Made by a program: the position numbers and the translations under genes | Part shown: positions 40,501 through 48,657 of the stretch, piece after piece | Numbering within the stretch: the first letter of the stretch is position 1 | Layout: every line of letters begins with the position of its first letter | Source: Candidatus Omnitrophota bacterium | GTDB lineage: Bacteria; Omnitrophota; Omnitrophia; Omnitrophales; JACROU01 | NCBI GenBank assembly: GCA_029261035.1 | Contig: JAJDCD010000005.1 | Location: forward strand, 27,516-91,515 | DNA: 64,000 nucleotides | Direction: 5' to 3' | Notes under the pieces: generated by a model | The model's database searches: none | Told to the model about the DNA's origin: nothing | The model's input: the letters and a program-made list of their open reading frames with translations, nothing else

Positions 40501-42351
40501 GCGCCCATTGAAGAATTAGGATTTGATGTCCCTTTGTTGCTTAGACTTATTGATTCACGAAGCCCAAATTATAGTATTGTTTATGATTCTGCATTTCCAA
40601 TTACTACTAATGATTTAAAAGCTGTTGAAGAGGTTGTTCGTCAAGTTCAAGAAAATCGAGATCTGGCTTTTGCTATAGAGGACTTGCTCAATTATGATAG
40701 AAGTGAAGGTGACCTTGTTTCGATTGTAGTACAAAAGGGAAGTCTTCTTAATGAAATTAATAGAATTAGATCTACAGATGAAGTTGATGCTGTTTTTTGG
40801 CAAGGAACAAGTTACTTTTTAGAGATTTTACAATCGAGAGGTCTAGTTCAGCAGGGGATAGGTAGAAGTATGACCGATCAAGTGATTGAAGGAGTATATG
40901 TTGAAATAGCTCCGGAAAAAGCAGCTAGTTGGAGATTGCATGAAGAACAAGGTGTTGGGTATTTAAAGATTTTTGAGCCAGAGCAATTTAAAAAAGCAAA
41001 AGCTGCTGCGGATAAAGATAGAGATGAAGGTTTTGGGCGTTCTTTTTACTTGCCATCTGTCACTTCTGCTGATGACTTATCTCCCACGACGATAGAGAAT
41101 CAGGGTGCTTTGGGTGTGGTTATTGGTTTGAGAAAGTCTTTTTTTCAGAGAGGTTGGCAAGGAGATCGAGGGCAATTGTTTGATGGAGCCAAACCAGTTA
41201 CGGATATACCTATAGAAGCTATTTCAGAGGTAATTTTTTATTCGGATAAAGACTATGAAACATTTCAGAGAGTATTGAAGCAACAGCGTGTTGTGATTCC
41301 GCCATCCGTAAAACAGCGTATTTCTAGAAATGGAGTATTAGAAGATCTTACTGTTGCAACGGCTGCAAGTTTAGGGAGTGGAGTTCAATTACGTTTAATA
41401 GATTTTTCTGGTACGGATATTTCGCAATTAGAAAAAGAAGGACAGGCTCGTTTAGATCAAATTAATGGTGTGCTGGGGCAGGCATTTTTTGGGTTGCAAA
41501 GAGATTTAGAAACGTTACCATCGGGTCAAGCTGTTGTGAACCGTATTTTTGAAGAAGATTATTTAAGGGGAATTACGAGTGTTTTAGGCGATTTAAATCA
41601 GATTGTGGATGCAACTTTTCTCTTGGATCAATTGAAAGGTGCTGTAGCGCGTCTTATTGTTATTCCGAATGCATTAGCTTCTGCTGTGGATTCAACAGTG
41701 ACTCCTTTATCTGATGAAGCTAGGGTTATTCTTCAAAATCCAGAATTATTTAACGAGTTGTACCAGAGCCAAAAAGGAAATGCTCTCTTTGCAGATCCTA
41801 CCAATGTCAATTGGAGTCAATCGTATATTTTAGATGCGTCGTTTTTTCCAAGAGTGGATGACCCTCGTAGAGAACGGGCTGAGTTGTTTGTGCAACAGTT
41901 AATTGCTTCAGGCATCCGAATTGCTGTGCCATATAAGGTGGGGAGCCCGGAAGAAAAGTTTGCATTAGAACTTAGAAAATTGATTCCTGAAGTTATGCTT
42001 GTAGGATATAACGATCGTCCGTTGGGGCAGCGAAAATTTAGAAGTTTAAAGCAGCCGATGGTCATTCTTCCAATGGGTATATCTGTGAAGTTGAATCGTA
42101 GAAGTGATTGGAAAGATAAGGGGGTTGTTGCAGATCCTCAAGCAACCTATCCTTCAATGATGAATTTGGCTGATTTTGTTTCCTTGATTAAAATTGTTTT
42201 GCACTCGGACGCGCTAAAATCGCAGTTAAAGATTGATGATGAAACCCCATTTCCACAGGTCACGATGGAATTTTTAAACTCTCTTGTTAATTTAATAAAT
42301 GACCTCGCTAAAACGAAAAAAGCCCAACAGCTGATAGCAAGAGCTGCGTAA
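34528..42351 (+). CDS. Giant secreted protein (2607 aa) with the N-terminal family domain and a ~400-aa internal tandem duplication.
   Basis: A signal peptide is present. The N-domain motifs are LIQDAHA, AFEGAQG, FYQLALLRDDIL, LLLGGFHAQGI and MPRIN (34680-36030). The tandem repeats are at ~39115-40300 and ~40429-41380 (DYQKKWIVLFKQWYYQQL / EYKKQWFQQFKTWYYEKL; WFGTSYLLEML / WQGTSYFLEIL). Each repeat ends in ASLG. The protein ends ARAA. Confidence 0.85.
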   Translation: MGINIKGLYQKLIAVLVVVSFLFSDISLWAQSASAQIQSLPKSTNAMSKGVRIPDTLGSIQDVHWSEGSERFVVLIQDAHAIQDAQSNIQQLIHYFQENYGIDMVAFEGAQGTLDNRLIKTFPDSEIVSKVMNQYLKNAEITGVEMASLSDGGFVQYVGIEDWELYEQNFFSYVHALKNQKRIQNELNVWKQALDSKRKTLYSEDMNRFHNMIYGFYEQKIDLLDLLKYLKEIPSVQNTLTTYTYLNSLIKLMDENEIVNNEEIRSEILSVSNHFYKSHFSKLEKKDQKELNQKLQALNTSSLAPGVFLKWLSDLKDHYRIPVEFSSTLIKTIKVMERFDVMRGSEVFDELNQVILAIEKELALSSDEQEMAALYRKTRFLDSWVRLEITKDEWMKFADQREGYQQLLEALGLEEAFETMLDFYQLALLRDDILFQNLVKQMRKADKNKSMLLLGGFHAQGIKQQLKDSGYSYVSIMPRINDLEGKDVYHKVMRGHLSYQEHISTTIQDAFLKDVAIQLTNHLNPSEYLSKLKQWRDEVIRSLANEGKVSKAKQYTRYIDPLFKNYYDLSQQDQKSNLNKEQILSEVQKVFQKTQEETAHTLWSRFESQLKSFELGLNQLERKDRNDPMQIQNLMETINALEPAALVQLAHPLNPDPSGSSNGLKSYFKGDRLDLSISAKSLGAEEVEFGEILEGFMQLDELMGTATVDQLTNPRFRREVEQLLESESGYFGKIMDMMTDNNTAFPVLMERAQDMLFDPTREEGIRMGMVSVPLAVANNIGKEYGIPGFPDILKGKINSAIQTVMSSFSAMVQSPNRPRSAYLGGRIILLDVPERHEFAVSLRLVIDQVILELKEEYGEDLRQVGNSEAQIQQFKTSLDDLPFYGSHARVYMPNIMPNQASRDPQFSVKNVMRTIRREEGRLLPELLDEGSDLVDQMAEYIAKDRFLSFRRNKLARAATFWTEEEDFARIEGYEEIDEEGPEPGARRFASDFLELLLVDAINKLNERLETLENVNIPGLRKIIDQWVYAQPNQTKPLSPEQLQAVKKKQVGVLGDNQIQSIKRSITAKHKRQDWLAELFNHFQQGRSKTIPPYNFHSEKLPRVVDFLEHIYSSDLSNSSYALKLKNALSAFSKKPNEKNLKFVQRAYRRYRLMMEEGLVLAYRDHRLQEAYKLFSVSEVVKADKKGLLKKWKKHVLSRHQGDNGWSDSQRELLDNESLRFDRLMNLVTPGFFMFKRPVGDEIGFLVFDDASGLYKMGFAEFNKGNAFFQENTPDPTDSVYHSILLDLLNSALGYSSSGEAQESPWKGLGFFENLNDTMLTSIQRLADEKKRETLARPYPTSEKVYDERERTILRMPTYIRIDEDSSPRYPHYAKSPSGDVYYRGRLGDEWKKQSHVQIRPNDRLWRRFTTQLSAARTIREKLVDPDLDDIQLLFDDLDDFNGMQKKDIERIGKVVTDTEIRTAFPEKDKKRTRVIQKRRKTDVDVEGQSLGVLDVEELEYELNEKVRDAKSILNDYARIHFDIKDAVSEEDYQKKWIVLFKQWYYQQLDKDPTRKRTPKIAYVIDERHFNTSIALIPGFPIEDSEVEELQSFVSGLANGSIEEVIGFEFVFGQRTDAFSAFRDRLQNLKEYLREKTVVNSEPLYWFGTSYLLEMLRGGSLKLNPELLDVEFQDDSGSLAKSETSIPVMTATVTPDGTPVLFKTYETDRFITDIGRDGQERKIVDVGVPGFVAAIQPDGKVDAIPTLKLPHTMKEEGLYVSKTREDAAGDRLSRREGMGYLKLKQPAVYQNTLDTWAGRIGSGEDYFYNNPVTELSDLSILTRANNGPLGVVIGVQKRFFERFNVHREDDGRLIQLDEKNSLSPVTTIANAFIGDISFFSRRDYDFFMQIASLFDIEMPKGVTIRVQDGDVVTELSSSNGASLGAITSYPFDVTKWHDELYKDLRSELYFLSVYDLPQFNIQRASSLEEYKKQWFQQFKTWYYEKLRDKDLIAPIEELGFDVPLLLRLIDSRSPNYSIVYDSAFPITTNDLKAVEEVVRQVQENRDLAFAIEDLLNYDRSEGDLVSIVVQKGSLLNEINRIRSTDEVDAVFWQGTSYFLEILQSRGLVQQGIGRSMTDQVIEGVYVEIAPEKAASWRLHEEQGVGYLKIFEPEQFKKAKAAADKDRDEGFGRSFYLPSVTSADDLSPTTIENQGALGVVIGLRKSFFQRGWQGDRGQLFDGAKPVTDIPIEAISEVIFYSDKDYETFQRVLKQQRVVIPPSVKQRISRNGVLEDLTVATAASLGSGVQLRLIDFSGTDISQLEKEGQARLDQINGVLGQAFFGLQRDLETLPSGQAVVNRIFEEDYLRGITSVLGDLNQIVDATFLLDQLKGAVARLIVIPNALASAVDSTVTPLSDEARVILQNPELFNELYQSQKGNALFADPTNVNWSQSYILDASFFPRVDDPRRERAELFVQQLIASGIRIAVPYKVGSPEEKFALELRKLIPEVMLVGYNDRPLGQRKFRSLKQPMVILPMGISVKLNRRSDWKDKGVVADPQATYPSMMNLADFVSLIKIVLHSDALKSQLKIDDETPFPQVTMEFLNSLVNLINDLAKTKKAQQLIARAA

Positions 42352-42352
42352 T

Positions 42353-42381
42353 TGTCATCCCGGCCTTGAGCCGGGATCCAG
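42353..42381 (-). repeat. REP-like palindromic element, copy 3 (tgtcatcccggc-cttga-gccgggatccag). It begins 2 nt after the stop of the 2607-aa gene.
   Basis: It is the same family. It forms an inverted pair (BIME-like) with copy 4 across a 45-nt spacer. Confidence 0.7.
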
Positions 42382-42426
42382 TGTCTTTGTGGTTTTTATT
42401 TTTAAAATGAACTCCTATGATTTTAC

Positions 42427-42454
42427 TGGATCCCCGATCGAGTCGGGGATGACA
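42427..42454 (+). repeat. REP-like palindromic element, copy 4 (ctggatccccga-tcgag-tcggggatgaca).
   Basis: It is the same family. It sits in inverted orientation relative to copy 3. Confidence 0.7.
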
Positions 42455-42506
42455 GAGGTTTTCTGTTTCCGTTTTTCTATCCGCTCTACGCTCCGTGCTA
42501 CTAACA

Positions 42507-42515
42507 TGGTATAAT
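42507..42515 (+). promoter_or_regulatory. Extended -10 promoter (TGgTATAAT) for aguB.
   Basis: This is a perfect TGnTATAAT. An AAGGAG SD lies 16 nt downstream. Confidence 0.5.
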
Positions 42516-42535
42516 TACATTACTTAACAAAAGGA

Positions 42536-43426
42536 GTGGTTGTGGCTGCTAAAAAAAGTAAGAAAGTAATGGTTGCGTTAGTTCAAATGCGATGTGGAGC
42601 TAAGCCAGAAGCTAATTTGGCTAAAGTGGTTTCAGCTATTGGACAAGCGGTTAAGAAAGGTGCAAAGATTATTTGTTTGCAGGAGCTTTTTAAGACCTCC
42701 TACTTTTGTCAAACAGAGGATACAAAAAACTTTAAATTAGCAGAGAAAATTCCTGGGCCTACCACAGATGTCCTTCAGCAAATAGCCAAAACACGTAAAG
42801 TTGTGATTGTGGCTTCTCTTTTTGAAAAGCGAACTCAAGGTGTGTTTCATAATACAGCTGTTGTCATTGATGCAGATGGATCGATTGCAGGGAAGTATCG
42901 TAAGATGCATATTCCTGATGACCCTCACTTTTATGAAAAATTTTATTTTACTCCCGGTGATTTAGGTTTTAAAACAGTCAAAACTAAATATGCAGACATT
43001 GGTGTATGTATTTGTTGGGACCAATGGTTTCCAGAAGCGGCACGACTAACGGCACTTTCAGGAGCTCAGATTTTATTTTATCCGACTGCGATTGGATGGC
43101 TTTCGAGTGAAAAGCCTTCGTCCTGTGTTGCTCAACATTCTGCTTGGGAAACAATTCAACGTTCTCATGCGATTGCTAATGGTGTTTTTGTTGCGGCGGT
43201 TAATCGAGTTGGCGTTGAAAAAGATATTACGTTTTGGGGTCAGTCCTTTGTTGCGGACCCTTCAGGGAAAGTAATTACGCGAGCAAGTACAAAAAAAGAA
43301 GAAATTCTTTATGTTGAATGTAATTTGTCTAAGATAGATGAACAACGTCAAAGTTGGCCCTTTTTAAGAGATCGAAGAATAGATGCTTATGATGCGCTCT
43401 TAAAACGTGTCGACGATGAAGGGTAA
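42536..43426 (+). CDS. aguB: N-carbamoylputrescine amidase (nitrilase/CN-hydrolase superfamily).
   Basis: Matches are VALVQM..., the catalytic E (CLQELF), K (YRKMHIP) and C (ICWDQWFPE), and the 296-aa length. The true start may be the GTG at 42542 or the ATG at 42569; the GTG at 42536 abuts the SD. Confidence 0.85.
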   Translation: MVVAAKKSKKVMVALVQMRCGAKPEANLAKVVSAIGQAVKKGAKIICLQELFKTSYFCQTEDTKNFKLAEKIPGPTTDVLQQIAKTRKVVIVASLFEKRTQGVFHNTAVVIDADGSIAGKYRKMHIPDDPHFYEKFYFTPGDLGFKTVKTKYADIGVCICWDQWFPEAARLTALSGAQILFYPTAIGWLSSEKPSSCVAQHSAWETIQRSHAIANGVFVAAVNRVGVEKDITFWGQSFVADPSGKVITRASTKKEEILYVECNLSKIDEQRQSWPFLRDRRIDAYDALLKRVDDEG

Positions 43427-43539
43427 GGACCCTTTTTATTTTTCAAAAGATTACAGAATAATTAGATAAAGTGTCATTCCCGAAACTTTTAGTGTGGAAT
43501 CCATAATACTTACGTATTACGTACTTTAGGCAAAAAGAA

Positions 43540-43572
43540 CTGGATCCCCGACAGAAACATTCGGGGATGACA
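43540..43572 (+). repeat. REP-like palindromic element, copy 5 (ctggatccccga-cagaaacat-tcggggatgaca).
   Basis: It is the same family. Confidence 0.7.
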
Positions 43573-43626
43573 GTGAGAGTAGAAAGAGTTCTTTTCTTCT
43601 GGTTTTAAAAAAATTAGATAATTTCC

Positions 43627-44691
43627 ATGACCTATAAATCTGACAACACAAATTTTTCAAATAAAACCCCAAAATCCCTTGGCTTCACCATGCCTGCAGA
43701 ATGGGGTCCTCATGAGGCTACGTGGTTGTCTTGGCCCACGAATTCTATAACGTGGCCAGATTGTTTAAAAGCGGTTGAAGATATTTATATGCAAATGATT
43801 CAAGCTTTAACTCCGTATGAAAAAGTTCACTTATTGGTAGATGATGAAGGTGTAAAAGAGCAAATCTTAAATAGAATGCTTAAAAATAATATTCCAGAAG
43901 AGCAGGTTCGTTTTTTTGTGATTCCAACTGTAGATTCTTGGATTAGAGATTATGGACCTATTTTTGTTAGGAACAAAAAAGGAGAGTTGGCCTATACCCA
44001 TTGGCAATTTAATGCATGGGGTGGAAAGTATGAAGATTTAGCTCAAGATAATCTTGTAACAGAGCAACTACAAATTCCTTATCCAGAATTTAAAATTAAT
44101 CGTGAGTTAGAAGGGGGTTCTGTTGATGTTAATGGGTGTGGTTCTGTTTTAACTACGGAGCAATGTTTGTTAAACCCTAATCGTAATTCGGATTTAAACA
44201 AAGGGCAAATTGAATCTTTGCTTAATGAAAATTTAGGGACGAAACATGTTATTTGGTTGGGGGAAGGGATTGTTGGTGATGATACAGATGGACATATTGA
44301 CGATATCGCCCGTTTTGTAAACCCGTCTACGATTGTTTGTGCAGTGGAATCAGACCCAAAGGACGAGAACTATGCCTTACTGAAGGATAACCTAAAGAGG
44401 CTAAATCATTCTAAAGATCAAGACGGTAAACCCTTGAAAATTATTGAGTTACCGATGCCTGGAAAAATAGAATCTTCCGAAGGACGTTTGCCTGCCAGTT
44501 ATGCTAATTTTTATATAGCCAATGGGGTTGTTTTAGTGCCCCTCTACGGCCATAAAAATGATAAAATAGCTCTTAACATTCTGGAGGATGTTTTTGCGGA
44601 TAGAACCGTTGTTGGTATTCCATGCGCGCCTCTCGTTTTAGGTTTAGGGGCGATTCATTGTGTGACTCAACAACAACCTAAACTTACCTAG
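43627..44691 (+). CDS. aguA: Agmatine deiminase (Porphyromonas-type peptidylarginine deiminase family).
   Basis: Matches are MPAEWGPHEATWLSWP, WIRDYGPIFV and the C-terminal catalytic GAIHCVTQQ. It is adjacent to aguB, together forming the agmatine to putrescine pathway. Confidence 0.88.
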   Translation: MTYKSDNTNFSNKTPKSLGFTMPAEWGPHEATWLSWPTNSITWPDCLKAVEDIYMQMIQALTPYEKVHLLVDDEGVKEQILNRMLKNNIPEEQVRFFVIPTVDSWIRDYGPIFVRNKKGELAYTHWQFNAWGGKYEDLAQDNLVTEQLQIPYPEFKINRELEGGSVDVNGCGSVLTTEQCLLNPNRNSDLNKGQIESLLNENLGTKHVIWLGEGIVGDDTDGHIDDIARFVNPSTIVCAVESDPKDENYALLKDNLKRLNHSKDQDGKPLKIIELPMPGKIESSEGRLPASYANFYIANGVVLVPLYGHKNDKIALNILEDVFADRTVVGIPCAPLVLGLGAIHCVTQQQPKLT

Positions 44692-44737
44692 TTCATCCGC
44701 TTATTTTTTTACTTCTTTTGAAAGGAAAGATTGATAT

Positions 44738-45925
44738 ATGAAACGTTTAATTTTAACTTTTCTAATTTTTAGTTTATTAACTCCTGCGTATGCATCGGGT
44801 AATCCGTCTGATTTTTATTTTAAAGGAAAACAGGACTTATTTTGGGAGACTGAAAACTTAGTTGTCACAAAAATCATTCGATGTTCTGTGATGAGCCATT
44901 TCCGAGGTGAGGAGTCTCACAAGGCAAAGTTAAAAATTTATTTAAATGGTTATCGTATTAAAACGATTCCTTTATCTTTCACCGAGTCAGGACGTACCCT
45001 TCATGATTTTGAGTTTGTAGTTAAAAAAGAAGGAAGGCAGCTTTTAGAGTTTTTGATTGTTTTGCCTGAAGGAATGAAGGATGCTAGTGCTAAGAATAAT
45101 CGATTCACGGTTCCTTTTTTTGCTCCAGGAAAAGCGCCTCAAATCCCTGGTAGAAAAGTGATTAAGAATGTAAAAGTTAAAAAGATTCAAAGAATCGTAA
45201 AAGAGGGAAAGCCTGTTATCATCTCATTGGGTGAAGATAAGGTGCTTAAAGCTCAACAGGAAGTAGTTGTTCAGGCGCCACCTGTTGAAGTAACCCCATT
45301 AGAAAAACCTGTTGTAGAGAATATTGTTAAGTCTCCTGCTAAGAGAACTCAAGTTGAACGCGAGGTAAAAATTACTCCAATTCCTAAAAAGGTTTTTGAG
45401 AAAACAGTTGAGATGAAAAGAAACGAAAATACAAATTCCGTAATTTCTACGATAGAAAATAACTCGATGTTTAATAAACAAAAAGAAGTCTATTATGCGC
45501 CTATTACGAAATTGACAGAAGAACCCATAGTGATTGAAAATGAAGATCTTTTTTTAAGCGCTTCGGATATTAAAGCTTCGACGAAATTAGACAAGCCCGC
45601 TATAGATGTATTTTTTGAAGGACCACAGGCTATTAGTCTAAAAGCGAATCAAGTTATAGAAAATGAGTTATTCGATTGGGTTTTGGAAATTAAAAGTAAG
45701 GGCTATGGAGAAGGGGAAGTAGAAGTTGTTGTTGCTGATGGTGACAGACTTATTTTGACACAACCTGTTTGGATTAAAGCAGGAAAGACAACTCGGGTAC
45801 CTATTAGCACATCATTTTCCCGTCCGGGGAATCATCGTTTGACCGCCATGGTCAATACCAATAAGAACGTGATTGATACAGATATGAACAATAATATAGT
45901 TGAGAGGGTAGTACAAGTACGATAA
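44738..45925 (+). CDS. Hypothetical secreted protein (395 aa).
   Basis: A signal peptide is present (LTPAYASG). No confident family assignment is made. Confidence 0.6.
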   Translation: MKRLILTFLIFSLLTPAYASGNPSDFYFKGKQDLFWETENLVVTKIIRCSVMSHFRGEESHKAKLKIYLNGYRIKTIPLSFTESGRTLHDFEFVVKKEGRQLLEFLIVLPEGMKDASAKNNRFTVPFFAPGKAPQIPGRKVIKNVKVKKIQRIVKEGKPVIISLGEDKVLKAQQEVVVQAPPVEVTPLEKPVVENIVKSPAKRTQVEREVKITPIPKKVFEKTVEMKRNENTNSVISTIENNSMFNKQKEVYYAPITKLTEEPIVIENEDLFLSASDIKASTKLDKPAIDVFFEGPQAISLKANQVIENELFDWVLEIKSKGYGEGEVEVVVADGDRLILTQPVWIKAGKTTRVPISTSFSRPGNHRLTAMVNTNKNVIDTDMNNNIVERVVQVR

Positions 45926-46019
45926 CCAGCCTATACTTTCCATAACTTATCTTATTCTTGATCTTTTCTTTATATTCACTATAATTAAATTTATTATTTA
46001 AATTAATTAAAGGTGGATT

Positions 46020-46703
46020 ATGTCTTCTTCTGTAAAGTTTTGGCCTCAATCGGAACAACCTCGAGAACGTTTGAAAGAGAAGGGGGTTGTTTCTTTGTCG
46101 AATGCAGAGCTAATAGCATTGGTTTTGCGGAGTGGGGATAAAGAGAGTGACGTGCTTTCTTTTTCTCGGCATCTTTTAGATCGTTTTGGGTCTTTGCGGA
46201 ATTTACTTAACTTGGATTGGAGTGATCTGGAGCAGGTAAAAGGGCTTGGACCGGCTAAGATAGCAAGTCTTCAGGCTGCCAGTGAGTTAGGGCGCCGAGT
46301 TATGAAGGAAGATCTTGTTGGGAAGCATTACTTTAAGGATATAGATGATGTATTGAGTTATATTAAAGCCTCCTTAGGAGGTCTTAAAAGAGAGGTTTTT
46401 AAAGTCATCTATCTGGATTCCAAGCATTCCATTTTATCGGAGATGGATTTGTTTCAGGGAAGCATAGACCGAAGTGTGGTATATCCAAGAGAGATAATAA
46501 AATCAGCACTTGATTGCCATGCTAGCGCGATTATTCTGGTGCATAATCATCCCTCAGGCCATGTTCAGCCGAGTTTAGAAGATAAAAGAATTACGAAAAA
46601 ATTAAGTATTCTCTGTTCGGAGATATCGATAAAAGTGTTAGATCATGTTATTATTGGGTATAATAAATACTTCAGTTTTAGAGAATATGGGATGATTCAA
46701 TAG
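46020..46703 (+). CDS. radC: RadC-family JAB/MPN domain protein.
   Basis: Matches are the HhH motif (VKGLGPAKIASLQAA) and the JAMM motif HNHPSGHVQPSLEDKRITKKL. Confidence 0.88.
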   Translation: MSSSVKFWPQSEQPRERLKEKGVVSLSNAELIALVLRSGDKESDVLSFSRHLLDRFGSLRNLLNLDWSDLEQVKGLGPAKIASLQAASELGRRVMKEDLVGKHYFKDIDDVLSYIKASLGGLKREVFKVIYLDSKHSILSEMDLFQGSIDRSVVYPREIIKSALDCHASAIILVHNHPSGHVQPSLEDKRITKKLSILCSEISIKVLDHVIIGYNKYFSFREYGMIQ

Positions 46704-46714
46704 GAGAGCTGGTT

Positions 46715-47659
46715 TTGAAGAAAATTATTCTTATTATTTTATTTAGTCTTATTATTGTTCCTTCTGTGCTCGCTCAGTATTTTGACGTTTCAGATACAGT
46801 GACTCAAAAGCAGTATTTTGATCGAATTCTGCGTCAATCGGTTGAGCGTCTTCAAGTTGCAAGTGTGAAGCGTTCGATTCAGCTTAAAAAAGTAAATCAA
46901 TCCATAGCCAATACGGTAAGTGCAGCCCAATATTTTTTTAATGATGAAAACTTAGAATTAGCAAAAGAAGATATTGAAAAAGCGCAGTCTCAATATGATG
47001 ACAATGTTGTTGCGCACCTTTTAGCTAGTGAAATTTATCAAAGGCTCGGAGATGAAGAATTAGCGAATGAGGCTAGATTAAGCTTCTTGAAGAGAAGTTC
47101 AAAAATGCCTTGGATTGCGAGAGATGTTTTTAATTCTGAATCCAGAAAATTTGTTTATGATTATGTTGCTAGCTATTTAAGAGAATACGGTTATGAAGTA
47201 CCAAAAGCTAGAGGGATAAATCAGGTTCCGTTGATTCAACAACTTTCTTTGAGAGAGGGCTCTATTTTAACGGAAATGATCTCTCTAGGGCTGCCTATGA
47301 TTGTGTGTATTGGACTGGTGTTTTTTATGTGGCGCTCAATGACGGGTTCGGATATATGGTTTGGGTTTTGGAATAAGATTTTAATACAAAGTTATATTGT
47401 ATTTGTTTTTACTTATATTATTTGGATTGCTCATTTGTTTTTACAAGTACCTATATTTTTTAAGCCTGTAGAATACGAGATTTTGATTGTCCTTTTAGGT
47501 GGGATTTCAATTATTGTTGTAGAGAAATTAGTAAGAAAAACGATCGAACGGAAAAGAATTCTTTCAGACCCTGCTCTCAGAGCTTGTCCTCATTGTCGGG
47601 AAATTATTCCTAAATTAGACCTCATTTGTTCCTCTTGCGGTAAAAAAATCGAAGACTAA
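46715..47659 (+). CDS. Hypothetical membrane protein with a signal peptide, TM helices and a C-terminal zinc-ribbon (CPHC...CSSC).
   Basis: This is a 314-aa ORF. It carries C-x2-C...C-x2-C at the C-terminus. Confidence 0.55.
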   Translation: MKKIILIILFSLIIVPSVLAQYFDVSDTVTQKQYFDRILRQSVERLQVASVKRSIQLKKVNQSIANTVSAAQYFFNDENLELAKEDIEKAQSQYDDNVVAHLLASEIYQRLGDEELANEARLSFLKRSSKMPWIARDVFNSESRKFVYDYVASYLREYGYEVPKARGINQVPLIQQLSLREGSILTEMISLGLPMIVCIGLVFFMWRSMTGSDIWFGFWNKILIQSYIVFVFTYIIWIAHLFLQVPIFFKPVEYEILIVLLGGISIIVVEKLVRKTIERKRILSDPALRACPHCREIIPKLDLICSSCGKKIED

Positions 47660-47790
47660 AAAACTTATAAACGACTGAACTTAAAAGACATAGGAATCAT
47701 TTGTTTTTTCTGTCGTCTGTACTCTGTCGTCTGTTCTCTCCAATCGGTTATACTTTAAATAGGCAATAAGTTTGGTCGAATTCAAGGGGG

Positions 47791-48483
47791 GTGGATAATA
47801 TGATGTGTAGACGCGTCTTAGCAATCGTGTTAATCGTGTTCGTGTCATTTGCTTTCATGCCAGTTGAAGGGTACGCAGGAAGTGCTGTTCAAAGCATGGG
47901 GGATAAAGCTTCTAGAGGCTTAGTGAACACATTGACAGGATTTATGGAAATTCCAGCGCAAGCTGTGAAAGGTGCTAATAGAGGAGTATCTATGATCGAC
48001 AATAAACCAACTTCTCATACAGCAGGGATGTTGTTAGGGGTGATGCGGGGTGTAAGCCATGGAGCAGGACGAACGGCATCAGGTGTGAGTGATTTGGCTG
48101 GTTTCTGGGCAGCAGACTATTCCAACAATGATGGATATGGACAAATGTTGGATGCTGAGTATTCTTGGGAGGATGGAACCTATCATTCTCTTACAGAGCC
48201 TAATCTAATGGATGGAATTAAACCAATTCCAATGAAAGGTATCAGAGGAATTGAAAATGTTGTTCTTTCACCATTAGCAATACCTGGTCACACAATGTTA
48301 AGTGCAAAGGAAGATGGTAATGTTGTAAAAGGTCTCTTTATGGGGTCTTGGTATGGGGTTAGTCATTTATATGATGGCGCAATGGATGCCGCCACGTTCT
48401 TACTTCCAAATCCGGAAAATACGGTTGGAATGAAGTTCAAAAATGATAAACCATACTATGCTATGGAAGAAGCTCTAAAATAA
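47791..48483 (+). CDS. Hypothetical secreted protein (230 aa), Gly-rich.
   Basis: A signal peptide is present. It is followed by a strong terminator. Confidence 0.55.
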   Translation: MDNMMCRRVLAIVLIVFVSFAFMPVEGYAGSAVQSMGDKASRGLVNTLTGFMEIPAQAVKGANRGVSMIDNKPTSHTAGMLLGVMRGVSHGAGRTASGVSDLAGFWAADYSNNDGYGQMLDAEYSWEDGTYHSLTEPNLMDGIKPIPMKGIRGIENVVLSPLAIPGHTMLSAKEDGNVVKGLFMGSWYGVSHLYDGAMDAATFLLPNPENTVGMKFKNDKPYYAMEEALK

Positions 48484-48562
48484 GGGGACGCAATTTTCCT
48501 CTAAAGGCAAATCTTTACTTTTCTAAATGACCCAAAGCAAAGATTTGCACTTTTAAGATGAA

Positions 48563-48608
48563 GGGGACAGGCAGCTTTTTATTGAAAAAGTTGCCTGTCC
48601 CCTTTTTC
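48563..48608 (+). terminator. Rho-independent terminator.
   Basis: The stem is ggggacaggcagc...gttgcctgtcccc (13 bp), followed by TTTTT. Confidence 0.8.
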
Positions 48609-48614
48609 TGTCTG

Positions 48615-48623
48615 TGGTAGAAT
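48615..48623 (+). promoter_or_regulatory. Extended -10 promoter (TGgTAGAAT) for the hemD-hemE fusion gene.
   Basis: A TGnTAGAAT lies ~35 nt upstream of the TTG start. An AAAGGA SD is present. Confidence 0.4.
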
Positions 48624-48657
48624 AGGGCCTATTCATTAACAAATAAAGGAATTTAGT

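Noticed and set aside
47690-47730. Direct repeat tctgtcgtctgtactctgtcgtctgttctctcc.
   Set aside because: It is a short (11-nt) tandem duplication in a spacer with no second copy elsewhere in the window. It is most likely slippage noise.
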